DNA of 63,371 bases, filler included, from Licmophora abbreviata (GCA_900291995.1; 7 parts of 7 records of this genome joined end to end with filler, not necessarily neighbours in it), one strand, 5' to 3'; positions 44,725-57,600 are shown, counted from the first letter of the whole stretch. Notes: generated by a model not told the origin, from the sequence alone. Numbers and translations: made by a program.

Positions 44725-45079
44725 GTTAGATGGTTCATATGATACTATGATGTGAACACGTCGAAAGGGACGCTGGCTCCTGCAACGCGGCGAGACCGGG
44801 CGGCCATTCTCATCATTGATGCCGGATTGCCCGCCCTTACGCTCCGCGCGCACATCTGTTTGATTCATTCGACTTGATGCACAATGGATTATGAGCCAAT
44901 CTTTTCCAACTGATGAAGAGGCGCGCTGTCCCGCTTATTTCTGCTGACGACCGATACAAACACGACTTCATGATACAAGACCATGGGGAAAATACTACGA
45001 AGTAGCTCTTTTCACAGGCGAGACCGAGACAATCACAATTCTACGAATCCCATTCGCTCCTAAGTGTGTAAATATCACA

Positions 45080-47351
45080 ATGACGGACCAAAGTGACCAA
45101 GAAGTCGCGAGCGTGATTAGCAAACTGACGAACTCGACGCTGTCCACGGTACAGTCGGGTTCGACCCAGTCCCACTCGCAGTTGCCACCGTTGATGACGA
45201 GCGATACAATTGTTGTTTCGTCTGTGGCTGGGAACGGGATGCCGCGTCCTCCAGAGTCACATCATAGAGCTGTTCATCAGATTCGGTTCCCTGCTTTGTC
45301 ACACAACTTTAGTTGCGTCGAGTCCGCAGCAACTCGCCAACGTTGCTCCGTAATTGTCGTCGTCAAGGCGGATGGATACGGCCATGGAGCAATTGCGACG
45401 GCGCTACACCTCGCTGATATGTGTGGCGCAGATGCATTTGCTGTGGCGACATTAGAAGAAGCCATTGCCCTACGAAAAGCCTTTGTCGCTACGCGGCGTC
45501 CCGTTGCCGCAAACAAACCTCCATCAGGTGGGACTACGGGATCCACGGTGAACCTGTTCCAGCCTCCAGACATACTCCCCGTTTTAGATGGAACGGAATC
45601 GATCGCAGTGTCTCGCTCAGAACCTAATTCGAGGAAACGATCGAGACGGGCGCCGCACGTTCGAATATTGGTGTTGGGTCCACCAGTCGGCTTCCCCCGT
45701 TGTTTCGATGACTATCTCTATCACAACATTGAAGTCATGGTATCGGGGCCAGAGGTGGCATCTTCACTTCTGGAATGGGTTGCGAATGCAGACGAGCGCA
45801 AGAGAACTCTAGTGGAAAGAGCCGCGCGGGATGCGAAGGAGCAAGCACTGCATACTATGCCAGCTCCAAGAGATGCCATACGTTCATCGATCAGAGACAC
45901 ATCGGATGAAGAGTCCAGGACACAGAGTGCCGAGATGCCCAAACGGAACGATCCTCATTTTGATGCCCCCGTTTCGAAAAGCTCAGCAGCGACTCTATCC
46001 AATGTGTCGGGACAGGATCTCGCAAAAGAAGTTCGTGCCATTCTTATGAATCAAATTTCAGTCGCGTCGCAGCCGAGCTCGAGAAGCGATAGCGGTAGAA
46101 ACACGCCTGCGGCCAATGGCTCGATCCATGCGAAACCTAAAGCCGCGTCACCTGTGAACGGAATCACTATGTCGACGCCAGCGACGAACTCTGTACGCCC
46201 GGTGGCGGGACTCTTCGGTGGGATCGAAGCTGTTGCCAAGGATTCTCGCAATCGTCAGATGGCAGCTTCCAAGGCTGTCTTTGTGGAAGACGATGCTTCA
46301 TCATCGAGTGGGACGCCACCTGGTAAAAATTCGCGATCGGATTCAGCTGTATCACTTCTTGCCAATAAGACACGGACGATGGCGACGAACGTCCTCCGCA
46401 AGCGGAAGTTACGGTGGCACGCATTGGTGGACAGTGGAATGGGGCGGTTAGGCTTCAAGACTGACCCGGTGTCTGTTGGAGACACATCCACACGACGAGA
46501 TACAGTGGCAATATTAAAGGAGATGGTCGACGCGGAGGTACATGACGATGCTCCCATAGGTACGTACGGCAACACGTTTCCGTCTTGACTACTTTGCCTG
46601 TTCTGTGCTAAGTCCCAATTGCCTCCGACTCTTTGCAGAGTTCTTTGGAATGTGTACACACATGGCGGAGGCAAACTCAAACTCAGACTACACAAACTCC
46701 CAGATCGCACGATTCAAGTCCTTGCTCAAGCGTGTGCGAAATGCGGATATATCAATCCCCACAGTAAGCACGGACAACTCGGCAGCACTGTTGACCACGA
46801 CTTTGAAGCATTTTGAACCAGACGAGCTCCTCTCCCAGCCTCATGCGCATACGAGAGGATTCGTCCGGACTGGTGGAGCCATTTATGGGCAGCGTCCTGC
46901 GTTTACGCATCTACGTGCTGTGTCGACGTTGAAGGCATCGGTACGACACGTGGCTATTTTGAAAGTAGGTGAGAGTGTAGGTTACGATCGCGCATACATC
47001 GCACCATACGATGTTCGTATTGCCACCCTAACAATAGGGTTCGCGGACGGATATCCCCGAGAATTGGGAAATGGAGTCGGGAAAGTAGCGATTCGAGGGG
47101 CGGCTTTTCCTGTTGCAGGCAACGTGTGCATGGACATGCTCATGGTGGAACTTGGCCCGGCGGAAGAGGTAGACGGTGTTGGCGCTTGCGTAGTTGTTGG
47201 CGACACCGCCGTGCTGTGGGGGCCCGAAACAGACCAGGATGGAGAAGGTCTCGTGCGGCTTCAAGACCTAGCTGCAGCATTGAAGACGACACAATCGGCT
47301 CTGACCTGCGGATTGGACAAGATTCGAGTGTCACGAGAATATACCCCATGA
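45080..47351 (+). CDS. alr: Alanine racemase (PLP fold III) with long insertions, 2 exons (intron 46560-46638)
   Basis: VVKADGYGHGA (PLP Lys), FAVATLEEA, VDSGMGRLG, THMAEA, NSAA, VRTGGAIYG, GESVGY (catalytic Tyr), GFADG and GNVCMD. Confidence 0.9.
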
Positions 47352-47412
47352 TGCAGAACACGAGAAAATGAAAAGAAAAGCTCTGTAGAATCCCGCAATA
47401 TTACTATCGAGG

Positions 47413-48695
47413 TTATTCAGTTCATACGTTCCAAGTTTGCGTTCTCGCGTAGTACGGTCCCTGTTTCAGTATCTAGTCGAGGGCATTGACGATCTTGTCG
47501 GCAAGGAAGCTTCGTGCTTCACTACTCATGACGGCTTCTACAATTGCAAACGCTTCCTATCCTTCTTTTGTCCTTTGTCCTTTCTACGTCGCGACCCACC
47601 CACGAGGAACTCGAAGAATCCACCGTGAGACAGTATTACTTGAGATCTTATCCTCCGTTTGGCGACCGCTTTCAGTAGCGCGTAGGCCCCAGGACGCTTC
47701 TCTACAAGTGGCCTTTTCGCAAGCGACATATGCAGCTCTGTCGCATCCTTGTCAGGCGGCAGACCCAAAGTTGAAAACAATCGCAGCGTCAATGAGTTGG
47801 TGGGAACGTTCGATATCACAATGGAGTCACCGGAAGCATCCAATTCGGGAGCGGGGTCCAACACTTGCGCCACCGATACCAGGATGGCTGATTTGAGTTT
47901 TGGTCGTGCCACCCCCAAAGATAGCCATGCCTTCCGTGCTTCCGAGTCCTCGAGCACGACCTCGAGGGCTTCGGGCGACGCCGACGCAAACGACGAAATC
48001 GCATCGATGAGCGCAAGGCTGTTCAATTCGCTTCGTCCTTCAGAAATCCTCAGTGCATGTTGGAAGCCAGTCAAGAGTTCGCTTCCACTGACATGAAACA
48101 AGCTTGAGTCTTCTTGACTCATTCGACAGATTCGGGACAAGACATGTACGGCAGGACCGCCGAGGATGGGGTCGGGATACTCTTCTTATCCTGCCATGAG
48201 AAGAAATGGATGTAGTACAATCCTCGTGAACAACCATTGCGAGCGACCGCCGTGAATGGGATGCACCGTAGCAAGGCGCTATCAGGTCAGAGTAGACATT
48301 TAAAGAAGCGGGTCGGTGTCGTCTCTCATCATGGTGAGCAGGAGTTCCGTGACCCTGGACGAGACAGCCGAGTTGATAGATGTGTCATTGAGGCATGCAG
48401 TTTCCACGACAGCAGTAGCACATCGTACGGCAATCGTCGTAGCCTCCTGTCACCCGTCAATCCGGTTCATGACTGTGTTCCAACTTTCCAATATCGATCT
48501 AATGGCACAATCGGAAAAGGTCGACTTCAATACCTTGCAGCACACCCTCAACGTCACGATGGCGTTCGACGATATTGAATTCTTCGACATCATTTCCACT
48601 CATCTGGGCCACGAACACAGACAGTAGCTCATCGGAAATGGTGACAGGCTTCCCATGCGAAACAAGTTGCTCTGCGTGCGCATTGACAGCACGAG
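47413..48695 (-). pseudogene. Degraded PSMD5/S5b/Hsm3-like proteasome assembly chaperone gene
   Basis: Recognisable segments (DDTDPLL*M..., PDPILGG, RPLVEKR.GAY.LLKAVA, GGFFEFL, FAIVEAV...LKQGPYY). They are interrupted by in-frame stops at 48452-50, 48302-00, 48284-79 (two stops), 48188-86 and 47475-73, plus frameshifts. Confidence 0.7.
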
Positions 48696-48918
48696 NNNNN
48701 NNNNNNNNNNNNNNNNNNNNNNNNNNNNNNNNNNNNNNNTTAATTAATTAANNNNNNNNNNNNNNNNNNNNNNNNNNNNNNNNNNNNNNNNNNNNACCCC
48801 GGCCTCAGATAGGATTGAGTATCCGAGGTAGCCAGCAATAGTCTAGCATGACTGACGGACAGAGCGTCACGTCAAGATTTGACGACTGACTAAACGAGAT
48901 GAACCCCACGTGCCTCGG

Positions 48919-49995
48919 TCAACTATCGATTTGCAAAGGCTTGTCGGGACCGTGATGTTGAACAAAGCACTGGAGTGACACACGTGTTCCTGTGTCGAAT
49001 CCAATCGCCGCATGCGGTCTCTGAACACACAATAGAAGCAGATCTCCGGGCTCGACATCTACAGTGAGAGGATCACCCAGCTCTGAGCGAAGCCGCATTT
49101 GCATTTCCGCATCTTGCGACGACAGTCCAGATAACAAAATTGCATTCTAGTAGAGTAAGAAATGAGTCGTAAGATAAAGACAGGAAAGTCAGTGTCTCTG
49201 GCCTACCCAGAACGCGTCTATCATAAAAGTCGAAGAAGCACTTACTCTATACCAATCCCATCTAGAGCGTATCCCCAGGGGCCAAATCTGGAAACATGGT
49301 TGAGCTGATGAGGTTTCACCTGATGGGAGCTGCAGGTAGATGTTGGCACTAAACAAGCCTTGTCGATCCGACAGAGGTCCTATCTCGTCCACATGGATAA
49401 AACCCTTCTTCCATCGGGTAGGACCCATCATCACACGAGGCAATCCCGCTCCAAATGTGCGCTTCTCCCCACTCAGTTCGCGTGCCAGTCCGGCCCCGGC
49501 AGTCCAGGCCTCATCGAGTTCTAAGCGAAACTTATCAAGCGGCCACAGCTGGGGCTGTATGTGATGAGCCTGCAGCGTCTTTCGACGATCATGAAGTTCT
49601 TGCTGTACTCCTCGAAAATAGTCGTCCAAGGAAGCTTTGTCCCCAGTCGCGGCGGCGACGTTGAAAGGCGCGTGGGCTCCCAATGTCGACACGTCACTGC
49701 TCTCGAGCCCGCGGGATGTGCTTACTTTCCAGTTACGAGCCTTCCCTTGCTCTGCCTCTTCAGCCAAGTTCTTTCCAATCTCCTGTGCGGCAATGGGATC
49801 ATAGAACCCTTTCACGTGCAGCGCTGTCATGTTGTGCGACAAGAGACGCTGCAAGTCCGTTGTGCCAAGTCGCTCCTCTCGTACAACCACTTCGGCGCTC
49901 TTGCCGACATCTCTTGGCAGACCTCCATATCGGCGCTCTAGCCACGCAAAAAAGGAACGTAAGCCTGCCGCACGAGCATCAGACGACCCCTTCAT
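48919..49995 (-). CDS. Putative Fe(II)/2OG-dependent oxygenase, 2 exons (intron 49147-49245)
   Basis: FIHVDE (HxD), [17 protein letters not shown]...RPHA (distal His) and RVSLQCF (RxS). Confidence 0.7.
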
Positions 49996-50216
49996 CGCGA
50001 TCAACGCGACACCGCTGCGATATCGATGACTCTCAGGAGCTCATCGTCTATTCCGTATATAGTGCAACATGTCACATGAAACGCGCCGCTGCGCGCGCAA
50101 AGCAAAATATTCCCGTACACATCGCCATGCACTTCGCCGCTCGCCGCGTGTCGGACGGTGATGGACATGTTAACAGTTCGAAGCCAACGGGCAGCTGCAA
50201 TATTCAAGAATAAAGA

Positions 50217-51527
50217 ATGGCGAAGCTACCGCTGATGTATCTCTTTGGGATCTGCGTGTTGGCGCATAGCTCGATCGCTGCGGGATTTGCGCCGTCGTCA
50301 ACGTCGACTCGATTTGCGTCAGCGACGACGTCCCCAGGCATTTCTACCCTTGTTGCCGATGCCACCAAAGCCGAAAGTTCTGAGTCGATCGAATCTCACA
50401 ATGTGCAATCTGTCCTGGAAGCGGACGTGGATCAGGCGGTCACATGGCTTGACGAAGCTTTGGGTTTCAATTCTACTGCCGCTGCGGAGATCATGAACAC
50501 ATTCAACGGACTCCAAAACGAGAAATCTATGGACGAAGCAGCAAACTATGTGAACAACCTTCTTGCCTATGTCGATGGGTCGGACGACAACAAAAAGCTC
50601 GGACTGCCGTGGTGGAGTCGCATCCGTCTCTTATCCCGATTTTCTCGCCGTGCGAGACGCGCTTCATTTCGCCGTGTGCTTGACTTGTCGACACCGACAT
50701 CGGAGGAGAAGGAAAGTATCGGCGAGGATAGCGATGCTGAGAGACGGAGGCGGCGTCGGTCGCTTCTTATCTTGATTCGATCCTTGGCCAGTATCGACGA
50801 CGACAATGCAGATGATGGAACTCTCGCCATTACTCGAAACGAAAGGGTTCCTGCCATTTCGCAACTGGAACGAGCCGCGCGGCGTGAGGCCAAGTCTATG
50901 GTTACAAGCGAGGACATGGCAAATCGATTGCCCCCTGGACTAGAGACACCCCGTTATTCTGTTCTCTTGAGTCGACCGGCATCCAAAGGAGGCTACGAAG
51001 TGCGGAGATACGAACCGTTCTCTGTGTGCTCCGTGGCGATGAACAAGCCTCGACCAGTGGATTCTGGAAAGACCGACGCAAACATATCGAACCCTCAACT
51101 CGCCGGAGCGAGTTCTTTCGGTGCGCTGGCAGGCTACCTTTTTGGTAAGAATACGCAAAAGACGTCAATGAAAATGACTACTCCGGTGCTATCTGAGGGA
51201 GAAGGCGAGGATCGTTCCATGTCCTTTGTGCTGCCGTCCGAGTACTGGAAAGATGGTGGTCTCGACGATGCGCCGAAGCCGCTCCAAGAGAGCGGCGTCA
51301 CGTTGCGAACAAAGGGCAAGGAAGATCGAGCTGTCGTCATGTTTGGGGGGTTCTCCGGAAAGAAAGATGTTAAGAAACGGACCAAGCAGCTGTTGGACGG
51401 GCTATCGAAAGACAAGGAGTGGGCGGCTGTACCCGATGCAGGCGTCACTCTTGCCCAGTACAACGACCCTTTCACGCCGCCATGGAAACGAAGAAACGAG
51501 GTTTCGATCCAGGTAGAGTCTCAGTAA
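50217..51527 (+). CDS. SOUL heme-binding family protein, probably plastid-targeted
   Basis: Signal peptide plus AAG-FAP; LETPRYSV, YEVRRY, FGALAGYLFGKN, MKMTTPV, MSFVLP and YNDPFTPPWKRRNEV. Confidence 0.9.
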   Translation: MAKLPLMYLFGICVLAHSSIAAGFAPSSTSTRFASATTSPGISTLVADATKAESSESIESHNVQSVLEADVDQAVTWLDEALGFNSTAAAEIMNTFNGLQNEKSMDEAANYVNNLLAYVDGSDDNKKLGLPWWSRIRLLSRFSRRARRASFRRVLDLSTPTSEEKESIGEDSDAERRRRRRSLLILIRSLASIDDDNADDGTLAITRNERVPAISQLERAARREAKSMVTSEDMANRLPPGLETPRYSVLLSRPASKGGYEVRRYEPFSVCSVAMNKPRPVDSGKTDANISNPQLAGASSFGALAGYLFGKNTQKTSMKMTTPVLSEGEGEDRSMSFVLPSEYWKDGGLDDAPKPLQESGVTLRTKGKEDRAVVMFGGFSGKKDVKKRTKQLLDGLSKDKEWAAVPDAGVTLAQYNDPFTPPWKRRNEVSIQVESQ

Positions 51528-51809
51528 CGTAGTAGACTGGTCCCCCGAAGACCTGCAAATACTAAATACTACTTAGTAGCAAGTACACTAAAAGGAAAAG
51601 TCGTGTCTACATGTCTATCGGCAAAAACTCTAGCAAATAACTAGCTAGAAGGACAGGGTTTGCCACACTGCAGTTTCTCGTCTGCATTGCATTGTATGAT
51701 CCTTGCTCTTTTGCGCTGTGGCAACCGCAACCACGGATAGCTGGTCGATCCATGAACCAACAACAGATGAGGCGGAAATCAGATTCGATCGGGTATTCTA
51801 AATCCTTCG

Positions 51810-52655
51810 CTACTTGGATCGGGCGCTAGACTCGGAATACGCCGGTTCAATCTCGCGCCGACTCTGTACAGTTGTCGTGAGCGCGGGCGATGACGACACT
51901 AAAGTCGTCCGCTGCTGTGCAACGACACGCTCCGTTTCAATCTCTGGGGGCGGCAACAATGCAGGCGGGTCGTCTTTGGCCTCGCCGGCCAGTGAGGATA
52001 ATATAACAGTCCACACCAGCCCGCAAACAATAAGTACGGGAATCTGTGTGGCTTCGTCAGGAACCAAAGAGAAGACTCCAAACTGGACGGGAATCCAAAA
52101 TTGCCAGTTTCGAGTCATAAGAGGCCAGAAGGAAGAAGTGGCCCGTTCGATTGTTTGTCGCGCACTCAAGCCTTGAACTACTCCCGTGACAGCAAAAAAT
52201 AAGGGATAATAGAGCAGTGGGATAAGCAGTAGCTGACTGACAAGTGATTGCTCCAGTGCGGCGGCCAAGAGTTTGTTTTCCGCAACAATAGGTCCAAGGA
52301 CCTGTCCCCGACATGCCGCAATCATGGGAGGGTAGATGAAATGCTGAGCGATGCGATAGACTCCGTCAAAGCCTGCGAAGGAAGCGGCGCGGTTGACATC
52401 ATAGGTCTCGCTGTTGCTCTGCTGCGCCACAGCATCTCCCACGACAGCGAGCACGACTCCCGTGGCTACTTGCGTCTGCAACGGATCAGTGTGCAAAGCA
52501 TCTTGATAGCTGGAAATCAAGGGTGAGACGGCCGTGCGCAGCGAGAACCAAGCACTGCCCACAAGCTGTGCATGTGCAATGTCAGGGAGAACTCCAAATC
52601 CGTTGATCACTTGGGCCCAGAGTAGCAGGAGAGCAAGACACTTCGTCATCGCCAT
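51810..52655 (-). CDS. Mpv17/PMP22-family membrane protein, probably plastid-targeted
   Basis: Signal peptide plus ING-FGV; PL.TQVATG...GDAVAQ, YDVNR, NWQFWIPVQF and GLVWTVILS. Confidence 0.85.
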   Translation of the reverse strand: MAMTKCLALLLLWAQVINGFGVLPDIAHAQLVGSAWFSLRTAVSPLISSYQDALHTDPLQTQVATGVVLAVVGDAVAQQSNSETYDVNRAASFAGFDGVYRIAQHFIYPPMIAACRGQVLGPIVAENKLLAAALEQSLVSQLLLIPLLYYPLFFAVTGVVQGLSARQTIERATSSFWPLMTRNWQFWIPVQFGVFSLVPDEATQIPVLIVCGLVWTVILSSLAGEAKDDPPALLPPPEIETERVVAQQRTTLVSSSPALTTTVQSRREIEPAYSESSARSK

Positions 52656-53017
52656 CGTGTCCGTTGTGCGGCAAGCATTCTCAATTTCTGTGTCAAACTT
52701 CGCGAGCACGAACACTCACGCGCGACGAAACGTGGTGCCGCGCCACGCAAGCGCTATCTCAAGATGGCGCGACCGTCCGTCCCTCAGCCGCTAGNNNNNN
52801 NNNNNNNNNNNNNNNNNNNNNNNNNNNNNNNNNNNNNNTTAATTAATTAANNNNNNNNNNNNNNNNNNNNNNNNNNNNNNNNNNNNNNNNNNNNGAGTAA
52901 TAAACAAAACGATGATGTGATGACTGATCAAGATTGAAGATGATGACACACACTGCACACACACCGCCGTATCAAGAGTGCGTCTACCCCTTCACTATCG
53001 TGGATCACGCACTAAGT

Positions 53018-54523
53018 ATGCCATCCTCTACTACTTCGTATCAGGCAGTAAAGCCGCTGGAATCGGAGCATGCCGAAAACGAGGACAAAGGAAACGAAGC
53101 GGCTCATCACGCTGCTCATTTGGAGCTCGACCAAACACCTGTAGACCTATGTCATGCACCGATTGATGAGGCATCGGCCCATTCCTTGACCGAATCGCAA
53201 GCCATGATACACCTCGTCAAAGGAAATCTGGGTCCTGGATGTCTGAATCTACCGCGTGCCTTTGCAAAGACTGGCTGGGGGCTCTCCATTGGTCTCTTTG
53301 GACTCGTTGCCGCCCAGGGCATTTACAGCATGTGCCTGCTTGTTTACTGCAAAAAAGCGCTCAAGGGACCGAAGACATTCATGGACGTTGCTCAAGTCTC
53401 TCTAGGGACTACCGGTAGTTATATCGTTGAAGGATTTCTAGTCATTCTGCAGGGAGGTGTCTGTTGTGTCTTCTTGTCGCTCGTTTCTACGAACCTCGTC
53501 GCCCTGTTCGAGTCGATGTCGGATCTGGTGGCAGTCATTCTTGTCACAAGTTCCCTTCTTGTCATTGTATTATTGAGATTCATCAAAGATTTGACGTGGC
53601 TAAGCGCGACTGCTAACGGTTTCATGGTAATTGCCATTGCTACAGCGTCTATTGCGGGCCTGATGCACTTCTTTGGTAGAAGCGCGGATGAAACTACTGG
53701 GCGCGTCCATGCTGCCAACCCCTCGCCGGAAAACATTGTAAACTTTGTCTCTGATATGTTCTTTGCCTTTGAGGGCATTGGCCTCGTTCTTCCAATAGAA
53801 AACAGCTATACGCTTGCGGAAGGTAGAGAACGAAAAGCTTCGTTCGATACAGTTCTGGTTCGAAGCATGTCGATAGCTGCTGGCCTCTTTGTCTGCGTGG
53901 GTCTCTCGGCGAGTATTTCTTTTCCCGACATTCGGAGCGGATCGATAACTGCCTACTTACAAGAGCAGTACCCATCCAATATACTGTTCGCCATTGTGGA
54001 TACTCTCGTGATGGTCGCTGTTCTCTTTACGTTCCCGTTGCAGCTCAACCCAGCGATGGAAGTGATTGATCGATGGACCGATCAAGGTTGTGCTCGTCGT
54101 CCACGTCCAGTGCGAGTCGCTCTATCGACTGACGAGTCTCGGGAGGAGGAGGAGGAAGGCGATAACTATGTCCGCGAACTGACGAATTGCGAACAGGATA
54201 GTATCGTTTCATGTGAGTCGCTTGCTCTCTCACCTTTGGATACAAGATGTTGCTGGATAAAACAGTGGATTTGGCGACGATGGGTCGTCGTCCTGTTTTG
54301 CGCTATCGTGGTGTATTCCGTCGACAATCTGAGTGTACTGATTGCCTTGTTCGGTGCCATCGGACAAACTGGCCTCGCAGGCATGCCATGTGCGATTCAT
54401 CTGGCTCTTCAGAGGAAAGCGATCGTCCCCAAGAGCATAGTTCGCACCGCCTTGGATGTCTTTATATTACTGTTTTGCTTCATTGTAATGGTTTCGGGGC
54501 TTGTTGCATATTTTGTTGGGTAA
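53018..54523 (+). CDS. Amino acid/auxin permease (SLC36/AVT3-like) amino acid transporter
   Basis: HLVKGNLGPGCLNLPRAF..TG, FFAFEGIGLVLPIEN, GSITAYL and FTFPLQLNPA; about 11 TM. Confidence 0.9.
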   Translation: MPSSTTSYQAVKPLESEHAENEDKGNEAAHHAAHLELDQTPVDLCHAPIDEASAHSLTESQAMIHLVKGNLGPGCLNLPRAFAKTGWGLSIGLFGLVAAQGIYSMCLLVYCKKALKGPKTFMDVAQVSLGTTGSYIVEGFLVILQGGVCCVFLSLVSTNLVALFESMSDLVAVILVTSSLLVIVLLRFIKDLTWLSATANGFMVIAIATASIAGLMHFFGRSADETTGRVHAANPSPENIVNFVSDMFFAFEGIGLVLPIENSYTLAEGRERKASFDTVLVRSMSIAAGLFVCVGLSASISFPDIRSGSITAYLQEQYPSNILFAIVDTLVMVAVLFTFPLQLNPAMEVIDRWTDQGCARRPRPVRVALSTDESREEEEEGDNYVRELTNCEQDSIVSCESLALSPLDTRCCWIKQWIWRRWVVVLFCAIVVYSVDNLSVLIALFGAIGQTGLAGMPCAIHLALQRKAIVPKSIVRTALDVFILLFCFIVMVSGLVAYFVG

Positions 54524-54693
54524 CGATTCGGGAGCGACGAGAACACGACGCGTCAGATGCTCATTCGATATTCATCGTTTCAGATAAACTTGGACCTTGT
54601 CATTCGATCTAGAGCTTTCGGTTTATCGTGTCGCTTTGGCGACAAATCTATCTTTTATCACAGTTAGTTTGCTAAGAGTTAGCACCTCTCAAT

Positions 54694-57600
54694 TCAGACA
54701 ACCAACGACGAAGGCGCTCCAATTGTGGTCGAGTTGACCCTCGTCTTTGTCGGAGATACCGATGATTCGAGCATGCTGTTGTCTTTCATTGTTTCAAAGT
54801 GTTTGGCGATAGCCGATAGTTTCTTGACGACCAACTTGTCGTGCTTGGACTGCTCCTTCTGAGTCTTGGCATCGAAGAGCAAGCGCATTGATTCTGCACC
54901 AAGGGCTATCCGTACGATGGCGAATGACTCGCTCACGTCGACTGGCTGTCCAATATACGCGGTCGTCGCAAGGGCTTCCTTCTCTTCTGGGGTAGAATTT
55001 GGTACGAGGTAGGACACGTCTGTACTCATCCACATAAATAGATCTCGCAATTGATTCATGTTCAGCCATCCACCACTATTGCTGGCCACTCGAACACTAA
55101 TGATACTCCTCTCAACACACCAGAGATCCAATCCAGATTCCGCAGCGACCAAGCTACCGACGCCATCCGCCCATTCATCGGTAGTTGATTCCTTAACTTC
55201 GTCCGAAACTGAGGCCAAGGCTTCCATAGCGGCTAGACCAGCTTCCCAACGTAGAGCCAAGCCCACATTGTTGGCTCCTCTCTTGGCCAGTTGTGGAGCC
55301 CAGTTCGAAAACTGAGCGGGAATCTCTTTGTCCGTCAGAAACCCTCCAAGACCACTGCCACTGAACAGATCGTTCAGCTCATGTGTCGGTGCCTGTTTAA
55401 GTTTTGCAGCGATTGTCCCAGGAACAATGACCGCTCCGCAAAACGGCGGAGCTTGGTAGAACTTGCTGCCTGTGAAAAGAACAAGAGAATCCTGCTCAAG
55501 CCACTCGCGCAGTTCTTTCTTAGAGAATCGACCTTGGCAAGCATCTACCACGCCGAGGCTCTTCACGCCGCCTTCAAGACTGGGTGGCATACGTTCGCAT
55601 CGCAAGCCAGTCTTCCCACCGAAGACCCCGTGGGTGATAGGATAGTGACCCTTCGCCAAGGAGTCTTCCATAAAGCTGGCCATTCTCATACTAGCATCTA
55701 CAGCCGTACCGTCCGACTCTCGGGCGGACACTATCTCACCTTCAATCCCTTCAAACCCAGTAAGACCTTGACAACCCTCTGGGAGGCGGCCAACCAACGG
55801 TGCGTAGCTTGAAAAGTACCTTCCAGTTGCAGCAGGAGCCGACCCTGCTCCGATCTCTTTGAGTTGTGCCACACCGACGCTTATTCGGGCGTCTGGGCGA
55901 AGAGATCGAGCAATTGCGACGGGGATATACTCGGCGTCCGAGCCGGACGGGCAAAGAATCACCTCTGCATCTTCCGGAAGATCGAGTACTTTCGCAATAC
56001 GGACTCGTTGGTCAGCAAATACTCCACGGAGCGCGGCGTCGCACTCTTCTCCTCCTAAGCCAACGAATACATTCTCGTAGAGTTCCTTGGCAGCTGCATA
56101 CCCTTGTGAAGTGGGCGGGTTTCCTGTGCAGCTGCCACGAAAGATGTGGCCTACGTCAATTGGCTGAGGGCGGATGTGGTACTTGTTAGTTTTCGTTGCT
56201 TCGTTGATGAGCGAGCGATCATCTCCACCGGATGTTAACAGACCTTCAAATTCGGTGTAGCCCGAGGCCTCTGCGGCAGAGGTGGCCTCTTTGGCTGCTT
56301 GTGCGGCGAGTGAGGGGCCATCTTTGCTCTGCAAAGCGTGGCTGAGAAGATTCACGTCCTTTAAGCCCTCGCGGGTGTACATGTCGCTCTTCCACGCGGC
56401 ACCCATGGCTCGACCGCCACCTTCCCAGAGCTTGACTACGTGTTCCATTCCGTGGTAGTGCTCATCAAAAATTCGCCTGTAGTACAGCTCCTCTTTGGTA
56501 TGTGGTGTGTTCACCGGGTATGTGATGTGAGCATGAGCCATTTCTTCATCTGTCACCAACGAAGCGATCTTGCTTTGAAGTATCGATACCCAGTCCTCAC
56601 CAACACCCTCACACTGCATTGCCTTGGCTCTCCATAGAACAGGACGGGGGATTGAATCACCGTTCTCATTCGGTCCCTCGAAAAGCTCGCGTAGAAGCGT
56701 CTTTTCTCGACCGCGAGAATTAGCTTTCACCGCTTCCGGGTCAACCGTCTTTCTCGCTGGATCGACGCTCATGACAAGTCGACTGAACTCAGTGTCTAAG
56801 AATGGCACGCGAGCCTCGAGACCGTGAGCCATGGTCATCCGATCAGTCCGATGCAAGTTGATGTTCCCAAGCATTCCATAGATTCGGCGGAGCTCGTTTT
56901 GGAGTTGTTGTGGGTTCTCGGCATCTTGAAAGTACAAATATCCGGCAAACAGCTCATCAGCACCTTCGCCTGTTAACACCATCTTGACATCTTGTGAGGC
57001 TCGTTCGGCCAGCAACCAGTTAGGAATCGAACTACGGATCAGTTCTGCTTCGTACGTCTCCATGTGATAGACGATCTTGGGGATAAGATCAAAGACTTCG
57101 TCGGGTGTAAACGTGCGGACGTGATGGTTGACATACTTAGGACCGCCCAATGCCTCTACCATCCCCTTGGCCGCCATTACATCCGGCGAATTCTCCATAC
57201 CAACCGTGTACGTGTGGATCGGTCTATAGTCGCCCATGGCTTCGCGCTCCTTGCGATAGAGCGGTAGAAGGTCGTGGGCCACCACACAGGAATCGATTCC
57301 TCCAGATAGAAAGAAGCCGTATTCAACGTCAGCCATCATGCGCTTCTGGACTGCTTTGGTGAAAGCAGAACGGATCTCGTCGTCGGTTACGCTGTGAGAA
57401 GCGTCCTTCCACGGAGCATAGTCATCCTTTCGAAGCCAGTCAGGATTGTAGTAACACACAAGCCCTGTCTGCGGTGTCCAGTAGTGTCCAGCCGGTACAG
57501 CAACAACCGTCTCCGGATCCACGTGTCCCACAAGAGCTTTGAGCTCGCTACCGAAAACGTAGGAGCCATCCTTCGTGCCGTAGTAAAGTGGCTTGATACC

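Noticed and set aside
47413..48695. In-frame stops as possible Sec or stop-codon reassignment
   Set aside because: All three stop types plus frameshifts occur, none at a redox Cys motif. Pseudogenisation fits better.
18746..48695. RPN1 and the PSMD5-like chaperone in the same window as a proteasome cluster
   Set aside because: They are about 25 kb apart with many unrelated genes and scaffold gaps between them, so this is likely coincidence.
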